A DNA stretch of 64,000 nt, taken from assembly GCA_001643675.2 (NCBI GenBank), contig LSRY02000027.1, forward strand, positions 682,001 to 746,000, read 5' to 3'. Below the pieces are notes generated by a model, which did not search any database, was not told the DNA's origin, and was given only the letters and a program-made list of their open reading frames with translations. Below are positions 1 to 10,764 of the stretch, in pieces. Position 1 is the stretch's first letter. Each line of letters starts with the position of its first letter. This DNA is from Monocercomonoides exilis PA203 (taxonomy: Eukaryota; Protista; Preaxostyla). A program made the translations under genes and the position numbers.

Positions 1-2717
1 TGTTTCTTTTATTTTGAACAACATCTTTTTTTTCTTCCTTTTCTGTTGAAGATTCATCATCTTCGTCTTTCTCTCTCCCTTTCTCTTTACCTTCGTCTTC
101 ATTTTCGTCGTTATCTTCTTTGTCATTGTCTTCTTCTCCTTCTTTCTTCTCTTTTTCTTCATTTTCCTTCTTTTCGCATTCCTCCTCTTTCTCTTCTTCT
201 TTCTCTTCCTCCTTCTCCTTTTCAGCATTTTTGTCTTTTCTTTGACTTCCTCCATTCTTCTTCTTGTTCCTCAGCTTTCTCAGCTCTTCATTCCTCTTCC
301 TTCTCTCCTTCTTCTCTCTCTCTTTCCTCTCCTGCTGCTCCTTCTGCTTCCTCACCCTCTCTTCTTTCATCTTCTCCCTCTTCTCCTTCTCCTCTTTCTT
401 CGCTCTCCAATACTCCAACAGCCTCTGCTGCTCTTCAAACTCTGCATCCATCGCCAGCTCTGCTTCTGTCAGCTGCAAATTCACTTCTTCATCGAATTTC
501 TCTTCTCCTTCGCCTTCTTTTTCTTCCTTTTCTTCTTTTTCTGATTCTTTTTCTGATTCTTCTCCTTCCTTTCCTTCCTTTCCTTCTTCTTCTTTTGCAT
601 CTCCTTCTTCTCCTTCTTTTTCATCTGTTCCATTTTCTGCTGTTGTCTTCTTTTCCTTCTCCTTCTTCTCTTTCTCCTTTTTCTCTTTCTCTTTCTCTTT
701 CTCCTTCTTCCTCTCCTTCACTTCCTCTCCCTCTCTCTGCACACTCCCCACACGCTGCCAGATAGGAGGCACCAAAGGAAGAGACAGGTTGTAAAAAGAA
801 GCCACACTTTTTGTGACGTTGTGGCAGACAGAACAGACACGCATGCTGATCAGCTCTCCTCTGAATGTGCTGTCAACTATCGTCGGATGCTGCAGCTGGT
901 GCGACAAAACGAGGTGTTTGCTTCGGCTGCATTTGCGGCTGGACTCGTTGGAATTGGAAGGGTTTTCAATTGAAATGGAATCTTCAGTGTTGTTGGACTT
1001 CTTTGTGCTTCTTTTGCTTTTACGGTGATTTGAAATTTTGCTTTCTATTTCATTATCTTCTTCATTATCTTCCTCTTCCTCCTGTTCCTCTTCTTCCTCA
1101 TCTTCCTCATCCTCATCATCATCTTCTTCTTCTCCTTCTTCGTTTGAGCTTTCTGCTGAATCAGAATCGCTGTCAGAGTCGTATTCAATCATAATTTCAT
1201 CAACTTTGTTGCGGAATCTCTTCATCAGCTGAAGTTTTCTCTCCTTCCGAGTGCCATGTGCATCACAGCCACTTCTATTCTTCTCTTCCACAAGACAACT
1301 TTCTTTGCCTTCTGTATTACCTTCTTTGTCTTTTTCTTCTTCTTTTTCTTCTTCATCCAAATAGTCTGAGATATTGTCTGCAATGTCGCTGATGTCCTGT
1401 TCTTCCAGCACTTGTGCAAATATGCCCTCTTTCAACACTCGCTGCATCACCTCAAACAAACGGGAGAATCTCATTCTTTTCTGCTCTTCTTCGTCCAGCC
1501 CTTGCAGAAGAGCCAAAAGCAGATCAAGAGAATCTGAGTGTATTGGACAATATGAAATGATTTGGTTAATAATGAAAATAATTATAAAACAGTAGAAAAA
1601 GAAGTTATTAAATTCATTTAAAGTTAAACTTTTAAAAATGAAAGAAGGAAAAAATTGATATTTCTGTGAAATCTTCGTTTTTCAAATTTCATTGTTTTTT
1701 TCTTCTTCTTCTTCTTTTGTCTTTAACATCTTCCCCTTTCAACACACCTTGTTGATTAAATCCCAGAAAAGTATGGTCTATTTTCCCTATTTGCGAGAAA
1801 AGAGAAGATGGGGTGACAACAGCATTCCCCTTCTTCGTTCCAACTGACTCCCACACTTGGTGATACAGTGACCTCAGCTCCTTCGTCAGCTTCCCTTCCT
1901 CGTTCACGCGCGGTGTTGGAACAGCATCTGACGACGAATGCACCTCAGAAGCTGCTTCGCTTGCTTTTGATTTTGATGCTTTAGAAGCGTCTTCTTTCGC
2001 CTCTTCTTCTTTCTTCAGCTTCCTCCGCTGTTGCTTCGTCATCATCTTTCGTTGCTTCCTTGAAATAATTGATTTTCCTTCCCCCTCTTCGGTTCCTTCG
2101 TCTTCATTCTCCATTAATAATAATCCATCTGCGGTGTCTTCCTCTTTTTCATCTGCTTCTTCTTTATGCTTCCTTTTTCTTTTGCTTTTATCTTTTGCTT
2201 TGAAACTTGTTTGCTTGTCATTATCGCGATCACAACATTCACGTGATGTAATTGCCAAATTATCCAATTTCCGATCAATTTCTTTCAGTTTTCTAACTTT
2301 CATGTAAACCTCTTTTGCTTTTTCGCTTGGTGGTGGTTGAGGTGGTGAACCCAAAAAATAGTCCTTTAACATTCTTGTTTGCACCAAGCATTGCATAACG
2401 CTATTGAAAAAGCAAGTGTTTCCGAGATTTGAAAATCCGCATATTCCATTTTTAATAGTGTTCAATTTGTTTTCTTCCTTTTCTTCGAGATTTAAATCAT
2501 TTTTCTTTGCCTTCACTGGTACTATTGTAGAAGGATAAGCTTTCGGTTTTCCTTTCTTGTTTGCTGCTAAAAGCGCTATTTGACCAGAAAACTTTCCTGT
2601 TGCTTCATTTCGATGCGATCTTCGCTTTTTCTTTTCATTATTGCCTTCTTGTTGTTCATTATCTGTATCTTTCAATGATTGATCTTTACTTTCTTGATTG
2701 GGCAACTGCTCATTCAT
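1..2717 (-). CDS. Ubiquitin carboxyl-terminal hydrolase (USP/peptidase C19, USP16/45-like), 3' end outside window
   Basis: Exon 1 (2717-1748) has the Cys box GFSNLGNTCFFNSVMQCL. A GT..AG intron (1747-1534) joins LGFNQQ to DSLDLLLALLQGLD, restoring the QQD motif. Exon 2 (1533 to <1) contains TIVDSTFRGELISMRVCSVCHNV..SFYNLSLPL, the USP fingers motif. The His box is not in the window. Confidence 0.92.
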
Positions 2718-5700
2718 GTTATGTTATTTTACAGCTTTGAACTAATTTCATTCAATAAAAAGAAAAGAAATTAAAAAATCATGCATTGTAACAAAAAGTA
2801 TAAAAATTCGTTTTAAAATTCAATGTTGAATGATATTTTATTTCACAATAATTTTGAATAAATGTAAAATACAGTTTCTTTGACTTGTAAAAACTGATAT
2901 TATATGATCCTATTAATCAATATTTATTTATGGGAAATCTGGCTTTGATTCGTTTTTGAAAGAAATAAAAAAACAAATTTAAAATATCCAAACAAATTTT
3001 TGAGGTTAATGAATTTGAGTGCTTTCATTGTTTATTATAATATTATTATCGTGATTTCTTTTCATTTATGAAACAATTATATATTTTCTCAATCCGAGAA
3101 AATTTCCACATCCAAAAAAACGTAAATTTCTGGGAAATTGACTTTTTCTTATATGACAATTATTTTCCTCAAAAACAACCACAAAATATCAAAAAACATA
3201 TTCTCAAAAACTATATGATAGTATTTTTTATTATGTTGTTGGTTTATTAAAGTGAACTTATTTGAATATAATTTATCCATTGCTAAAAAAAACTCTCAAT
3301 TATTACGTTGACTTTAAAATTAACAATTGATTTAAGAATATTGAAAGTCAATAAAATTTCTCTCTCCAAAAAAAAGGAATTTTCAAAATAATTTATTTTT
3401 TTATGAAAATCAAATTTGGATGATCGATTTTGAAATAAAACTTTCGATCCAGTTTTTTTTGAAAATATATTCTAAATAGGATTAAGAAAAAATTAGTTGA
3501 AAAGGGGAACAGTTTTTGTTTTTGAAATTGCTATTGAAAATGCAAATGTTGAAAAAAGCACACTGAGAAAAGTTATTTTTTAACAACTCATTCAAAAACA
3601 TCATTTCAAAAAGGATCAGCCATGAACTAATAATTTTTTTTATTCCAACAGTTTGAAAAATGAGTATTTGAAATTTTTTGAATAATTATTTATCTCCACA
3701 CAGAATGTTAACAAATAAAAGTTTGAGATGAAATGTTTTTTTTTTCTTTCACAACCAGAACCAAATAAACTTTTCATTTCAAAAGATGACACAATGAAAT
3801 TGAATTTTACACTTTCTCAGAAAAACGAATACTCCAAAACATGTGTTTTTCTTTTTTCTATCATTATTTTTGGAAAAACAAATCACAGTGAATTATAAAC
3901 AAACAAAGGACATAAGAATAATTGCATTTGCACATATCCATTTTCCACTTAATATTTCTTTTTTAAAAATTAAACACATTGAACCGGTTTGTGTATACCT
4001 AAAAATGATAACATTAAATCAATTGATCTTTGCCCAACTGTCACATTTTTATTTGGCTTGTTAAAGAACCGATATGTGTTTTTCTTTTTGAAAAGTCGCA
4101 AATGTTTTAGCTTTCAATAATTAATATTTCTCATTTTTTGATCAAATTTTTGTTCACACTCACGTTACTTCATTTATATGTTTTTAATTGCACTATAGAA
4201 TAAAAACTTTTATTTAAAAAAAATTCCATGAGTTTAAATAGAAATTCGATTAAAATATTAACAATAATTTATGAAATCAAATTTTTTTCTTTCATAAATA
4301 TCGGTTCAGAAATTTTTCTTGAATATCAACAAAAGAACGCTGAAAAGTGAAAATGCTGAATAAAGACTTCTTAATTTTTATTTCAGAACATGCATTTGTT
4401 TTTGATAACAGTAGTGAAAATTTAGCATTTGAATGCAAAATCTCTTTCCAATGAGAAATAAACTTTGAATAATCAACACCCAGATAAAAGTTACGATTGC
4501 AAAAATAATATCCCATCAAAAAAATTATTTTTAATTTGATAATTAAACATTTGCGTCTTTTCAAAAAGAACAATACATATACAGGATATAATATTTTGCT
4601 TCAAGCATTTTCATCGAAAAATTATGAATTTTTTATTGACTTTTTTGATCAAAAAACAAAATAACTATTGGAATATTTTTTGACATTTGAACAATGTTGG
4701 AAAACTTTATGTTTTAATTTCCACGATGCCTGTTTTCTGACATTAAATTCAAATTAATTTTGAAATCTGAGAAAGTGAAATAAAGTTGTGACTGAAGCAA
4801 TTTTTATGTGCTTTGTGCAAAAAAAGCTTGAAAGAACGAATTTTCCATCATATCTTTATCTTTTCAAAGAAAAATATAAATTAGATTCAACAGGTGGTAA
4901 TATTTAAATTCATAACACATTTGATAGAGAAATGAATTTATTAGCATTCAAAAAGTCATTAAGAAATATATATAAACGGTTAATTAATTTAAAAACCAGA
5001 ATGAGTGATTTTTCAGATTTATCAAATCATTGCTTTAAGACAAATAACAATTCATTTTAAAGTTCTTATAATTTAAAAATCATCAGATATTTTTTTATTT
5101 AATATGTAATTTTTGAACTTGTGCTGAAAACTTTACACTTCATTCAGCAATTAAAACAAAATGTCCGTTTTTGAACAACAATTTTCAAGAAAATGTCACA
5201 TTTAATTCTTTTGAAAAAGGGAAGATGTTTTCATAAAAAAATTTTTACAAATTATCATTTCAGAATAACAGTTTCTCTTCATTTTTTCTTTGTGAAAAAT
5301 AATATTCTTTCGACACTTGCAATTATTTATTATAATGTTCGAACGAAGATAATAAATATGTTTTTTGCTGTTCCAAAAAAAGACTCCTTGAAAAGTCATC
5401 ATATTATGAAAAAAATATCTTCATTCAAATTGAAAAAACATTAGAAGAAAGAAATTATTTAACAAAATAAGCCATTTATTCAGATATTATTTTTGTGCAA
5501 TTTTGTCGATGAATTGCCTCACATTCAGTCATTCAGAAATAAAATTTATTGTGAAATCTAAAAAATAACAATAAAAATATAAAGAAAAAAAAAAAAAACC
5601 CGCAAATCTGTGTTTGCAACCGATTATCATCATTTCAACTTTCCTTGCATCATTCAACAACTTGAAAATAAAAAATGTTTTCTATTGTTGAATTTGATTT

Positions 5701-5991
5701 ATTTATTTTTTTTTGAAAAGATAAGAGTCAAATCAGATTGAAAAATAAATAAATATTATGTGAGTTTTGTGTTTCAACAAATAATAATAATAATTATTAT
5801 TAAAAAATTGATAACGCTATCCAACGTTATGAAATAATTTCTGACAAAGAATTATGTAATGATCTGAGTATAATAAAAAAGAATTCAATAATGATTTGAT
5901 TTTTAATTAATTTGATGAGAGATTTTTAAATTAAGGTGATTACTTTTATTCAATTGACACATTTCTGTATTGAAAATACTATCTCGAAACG

Positions 5992-8424
5992 ATGATATCG
6001 CATTGTTTCTTTTCAATTTCTTTAATTCTTTTTGGGTCCATTGAGTCTCAGCTTTGGAAATTTGGCCCTACAACAAAACCACCAGCAGAAAATGAGCCAC
6101 CATTTCATGACGGAAAGTCAGCTGAGCCGCATTACGATGATTTAATTCCAGAAGGAGCAAATACAGTCACACCAAAGCCAACTCCTCCGGGAACCGAGCC
6201 TACTGCTCCAGGTTCCCTAAAAGAACCGGAAAACGTAAACAAGAAACTAATTCAAATGGACAGATATCGTGTTGACGACACCGGAAAATCACTTACATCA
6301 AACACAGGAATAAAGATATCAAATAATCAGGCAATTCTAAAGATCGGAGAAAGAGGGCCTGAACTGTTGGAAGATGTTTTTTATTTTGACAAATTGCAAC
6401 ATTTTAACAGAGAGCGTATTCCAGAAAGAGTTGTTCATGCACGTGGTACTGGCGTACACGGTTATTTTCAAGTTTATAAGTCCTTATCAAAAATAACAAA
6501 AGCAAATTTCTTACAAGATCCCACAAAGAAAACACCAGTATTTGTTCGGTTTTCAACCGTGCAAGGATCTCGTGGTTCAGCAGATACTGTTCGTGATGTC
6601 AGAGGACTCGCTGTCAAATTTTATACAGACGAAGGAATTTATGATTTGCTTTCTCTAAACGTTGCAGTATTCTTTGTACAAGACTCAATGAAGTTTATGG
6701 ATTTCATTCATGCACTTAAACCAGAACCACACGCAGAGATTCCACAGGCTCAAACTGCTCACGATACTTTCTGGGATTATATTTCATTGCAACCAGAATC
6801 ATTGCACACAGTGATGTGGGCCATGTCTGACAGAGCACTTCCACGTAGTTATAGCAATTTTGAAGCATTCGGTGTTCATTCGTTCCGCATGATCAACGAA
6901 GAAGGAAAAGCAGTGTTTGTTAGGTTCCATTGGAAGCCAGTTCTCGGAAAATCATCTCTTGTCTGGGATGAAGCACAGCTTGTTCAAGGCAGAGATCCCG
7001 ACTTCAACAGGAAGGAGCTCTGGCAATCAATCGAAGCTGGAGATTATCCCGAGTACGAGTTGGGGCTACAAATCATTCCAGAAGAGGACAAAGACAAGTT
7101 TGGATTTGATATTATGGATCCTACAAAACTCATTCCTGAAGCTATCGTTCCTGTTGAGATTGTTGGAAAGATGACACTTAACCGCAACCCAGACAACTTC
7201 TTCTCTGAAACAGAGCAGGTTGCCTTCTCACCTGGAAATCTCGTACCAGGTATTGATCTCTCTGAAGATCCCTTGCTGCAAGGCCGTGCTATTGCCTATC
7301 ACGACACCCAGAGGCACAGACTCGGAACGAACTTCCATCTGCTTCCAATCAATTCGCCAGTCAGCGGCATCCACAACCACCAGCGCGATGGCTACATGCA
7401 GTCGACAATCCCCAAAGGATCGAACTACGAGCCCAACTCCATCAGCGAGAACTGGCCGAGAGAGGCACCAGTCCAAGGCAAGCAGACAGAGGCCGACTAC
7501 GGCAGACAGGACGGCTCGAAAGAGTCAGGCGGGCGCTTTGGAAAGACAAACGAGCACAAAATGCCCCGCAACAAAGACGAGGTCGGCGGAGGCTTCTCGA
7601 CTTATGGCGTCCATGCAGAAGGATTCAAGACCCGCACCCGCAGCCCGTCGTTCCAGGAGTACTATTCGCAGCCTCGCTTGTTCTACATCAGCCAGACGCC
7701 CTCTGAGCAGAAGCACATCATTGATGCGTTCGGCTTTGAGCTCAGCAGAGTTTCGCGTCCGTACATTCGCGAGCGTGTTGTGGACCATCTGTGCAGAGTT
7801 GACAAGGAGCTCGCAAAGAATGTTTCTGAACAGCTTGGAATCAAACTGACTGAAGAGCAGATGAACTATCCTCTTCCTGAGCCTGTTTGTGGACTGACCG
7901 AGGGAGATCCAGCACTCAGCCAATACAAAAACAACAAAATCGCTGTGAAAGGAAGAAGAGTGAATGTTGTTGTTGCTGATGGAGTTGATGGAGCAACTGT
8001 GGATGCAATCGTGGCTGCGCTGAAGGCAGAAGGTGTTCATCCTCTGATTGTCGCAACAAAATTGGGTGAGATAAAAACTAACGGCGGATCACATACGCTT
8101 GTTGCTGATGACACATTCAAAGGGCGCTCATCTGTTTTGACAGATGCTGTGATCGTGCCTGATGGTGATGAGAGCATCGCAACTCTTCTGATGGACGGTG
8201 ATGCACAGCACCAAGTTGCAGTGGCATATCGTCATTTGAAGCCGATTTCGTTTGTGGGAAGAGCTAAAGCGCTTCTTGCTGCCTCAGGGCTGAAGGAGGA
8301 TCCAGAAGACAAAGGAATTATCTTGAATGACTCTCCAAGTGACACTGCGAAGAATCTTGTGACTGTTATGAAGGAACACAGAGTGTGGGACAGAGAACCA
8401 AAGATAAGTTCTGTCAAGCCTTAA
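5992..8424 (+). CDS. katE: Large-subunit (clade 2, HPII/KatE-type) catalase with C-terminal DJ-1/GATase-like domain and N-terminal signal peptide; probable bacterial LGT
   Basis: Intronless 810-aa ORF collinear with E. coli HPII as recalled: PTPPGTEPTAPGSLK, RERIPERVVHARG (distal His149), RFSTVQG, DPLLQGRAIAYHDTQ (proximal Tyr436), RSPSFQEYYSQPRLF, RPYIRERVVD, AYRHLKPI, HRVWDR. The N-terminus MISHCFFSISLILFGSIES is hydrophobic. Confidence 0.96.
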   Translation: MISHCFFSISLILFGSIESQLWKFGPTTKPPAENEPPFHDGKSAEPHYDDLIPEGANTVTPKPTPPGTEPTAPGSLKEPENVNKKLIQMDRYRVDDTGKSLTSNTGIKISNNQAILKIGERGPELLEDVFYFDKLQHFNRERIPERVVHARGTGVHGYFQVYKSLSKITKANFLQDPTKKTPVFVRFSTVQGSRGSADTVRDVRGLAVKFYTDEGIYDLLSLNVAVFFVQDSMKFMDFIHALKPEPHAEIPQAQTAHDTFWDYISLQPESLHTVMWAMSDRALPRSYSNFEAFGVHSFRMINEEGKAVFVRFHWKPVLGKSSLVWDEAQLVQGRDPDFNRKELWQSIEAGDYPEYELGLQIIPEEDKDKFGFDIMDPTKLIPEAIVPVEIVGKMTLNRNPDNFFSETEQVAFSPGNLVPGIDLSEDPLLQGRAIAYHDTQRHRLGTNFHLLPINSPVSGIHNHQRDGYMQSTIPKGSNYEPNSISENWPREAPVQGKQTEADYGRQDGSKESGGRFGKTNEHKMPRNKDEVGGGFSTYGVHAEGFKTRTRSPSFQEYYSQPRLFYISQTPSEQKHIIDAFGFELSRVSRPYIRERVVDHLCRVDKELAKNVSEQLGIKLTEEQMNYPLPEPVCGLTEGDPALSQYKNNKIAVKGRRVNVVVADGVDGATVDAIVAALKAEGVHPLIVATKLGEIKTNGGSHTLVADDTFKGRSSVLTDAVIVPDGDESIATLLMDGDAQHQVAVAYRHLKPISFVGRAKALLAASGLKEDPEDKGIILNDSPSDTAKNLVTVMKEHRVWDREPKISSVKP

Positions 8425-8817
8425 ACAAAATTATTATCATCTTTCTTTATCTTTCATTAATATGTTAACATTTTGTATGTTTCATTAAAATGAACTTTCT
8501 CAAGTTTAGTTTATGTACATCAGCTATTATGTTCAAAAGTCAAGAATATTTTTAAAATCATCATCATTATTTTTTTTTTTTGAAATTCAAACTTTATTAC
8601 TTTTATCAAAAAAAAAAATAATTTCCAATATATGTTCCTATTCAAAATGAAACACTCTCAAATTTCAGTTAGTCATTTTTAGCTTGTTATGTATTGATAT
8701 CAAACTATATTATGATGAAATTGAAAACAAAAATTCAGAACGATAGACAGCCAAGACAAGATAAAACGAGGATTGAAATATCCTTTTTTTTTCAATAAAA
8801 ATAATTTTTGAGAGAGA

Positions 8818-10248
8818 TTAACCACGGAACATAATTCTGCGTCCTCTGTCGTGAATTTCAGATGCAATCATCTTGATTGCATTCATCTTTTCCTGTCCTT
8901 CCTTCTTTCCTTCCAAATACACAACTCCTTCAATCTGGTCGATCTTTCCATCAATTTCACCGTCGGTTATAAGCATTGCGCAAAGCAGCTCCACATCCTT
9001 CGGCTCGCACATTGTTTCTTCAGCGAGATATGCCAGTCTGACGCTTGAAAAAGGCACTATCAACTCTTTTATCTTTGCAACACGAATATCCTTCAGAAGA
9101 TCATCAACATGCTCCTTCACCAGCGGATCACCCATAATTCGCTTCTTTTGCTCGGGATTGCGCAATGTTGCCATAAATCTTGGAATGTCGCGATCTTGGA
9201 ATGCTTCAATCAGCATTGTCAGCGCCATAACATCACCATCTGTTCGATACACACGCGTCTCAGGTGCACTCATTGGATTCACTGATGATCCGCTAAGCAT
9301 AGAAGCCAAAATATTATACTTCAAGCATGTCACACGGCGTGGTGATCCAGTCTTGTTGAAGTGATTGAAGGCATCAAAGAACTCTTCCTGAGCTTGGGCA
9401 AATTGTCTATCGTGCATGTACATCTTTCCTCCGATTTCTTTGATAATACCAGAAATTCGTGGATGAACAATGGCGTTTTTCACTTTGCTTACTCTTTCGT
9501 AAATATCTTTCATTTTCCTTCTTTTATTTGTAACATCGTACACTTGTAACAGTAATGCATAAGTCTCCACAAGTTGAGAACCTTTTGTTGGGTCATCTCT
9601 CCCATCAGGAAGTGTGCAAGAGCGTACAATGTCGTTACACCTTGCCTCAGTTTCTTCGTAGTTTCCTTCAGAAAAATATAAATTTGCTAATCTGATGGTA
9701 GTTTTAAATATCATTCTATCATTCCTTGATTCGGAAAATGCCCCAATTGTTGTCTTTTTTTAAAAAAAATATAGAAACAATAAGAGAACAAATAAATACT
9801 TTTTTTCAATTTACTAAAATTATTTACAAACTTGAAGCAATTGCATCAGATTGGGAAAACCTTCGGTATTTGACAATCTTTCAAGTAATTTTGTGAAAAT
9901 ACGTTCAATAACTGGTTTTGGAACTTCTGCCTTTGTATATGTTAACAATTCTTGATAATCCTTGACTACACCTTCCCAATCTTTCTTTGCTATCGACAAT
10001 TTAATCAAACCTTTTCGAGCTTTAAATCCCCATTCACCTTTTTTCCCAGCAGCTTCCAATTTCAAACAATCGTTGTAAAGCTTTTTCTTTTTTTCTGGAT
10101 CTCTTGTTTCCTTTGACTTGTCATAAATATCTTCAGGTCCTTCTTCCTCCTGTTCTTCTTCCTCTTCCACTTCTTCATCTTCAATTACTTCTTCTACAAC
10201 CTCTTCCACTTCCTCTTCCACCTCCTCATATTCTTCTTCTTCAGACAT
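8818..10248 (-). CDS. CSN2: COP9 signalosome subunit 2 (PCI domain)
   Basis: Exons 10248-9832 and 9753-8818 (GTTTGT..AAG intron). Motifs GEWGFKA, NDRMIFKT, DDPTKGSQLVETYAL, HPRISGIIKEIGGKM, GSPRRVTCLKY and C-terminal PCI DGEIDGKIDQ match CSN2. Confidence 0.93.
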
Positions 10249-10764
10249 TTCCAAAACAACAATAAATCAACGATCAATTACCCATTTTCGAATTTTCAGA
10301 AATGGATTGTTATTTTCCTATTTTCATAAATTGACAAATACCATTTTGATTATGAAATTAATGTTCATGCAACATTATTTTGAATGATAAGTTGGAGAGG
10401 AATAACAAATTCCTAATGACTCAATTCTGTGAAAATTAAAATGTTCAATAAGCAATATTTCGATGAGATTCTTTTTGAATTCTTATTTGAGCAAAAAAAT
10501 AATAAAAGAGTAAAGAGAAAAAAAGATCTTTCTCATTTCATGTCAAAAATTTGTTTCCTAATTATTTGAAAATGTGTTGAAAAAAACTGAAAAATATCTT
10601 CAATTTTAAGATAAACAAAACGCTTATCAGCTTTTTCCAATCATATAAAAAAAGTATATTGACTTCAACAATGCAATGAATATGACTTTTATTGAATGAT
10701 AGATCTTGCCCAACATTCTATAAAAAAATTGAGAATTATTAATTTGCCTTTATCTTGACTTTCT

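Noticed and set aside
46-1232. Plus-strand Leu/Ser/Phe-rich ORFs (e.g. 46-765, 264-794)
   Set aside because: They are antisense shadows of the GAA/AAA-rich USP exon 2 on the minus strand.
3068-5444. Short Phe/Ile/Lys-rich ORFs in the intergenic region
   Set aside because: Their composition is what random AT-rich DNA gives, and I found no motifs or consistent splice structure.
7260-7830. GC-rich core of the catalase as a remnant of donor codon usage
   Set aside because: Similar local GC peaks occur in native genes (~36480-36720, ~52740-53030), so it is not diagnostic of LGT.
5992-8424. Catalase as bacterial contamination
   Set aside because: It has a eukaryote-like leader, AT-rich flanks like the rest of the window, no operon context and spliced neighbours. 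Read-level contiguity would still be the final check.
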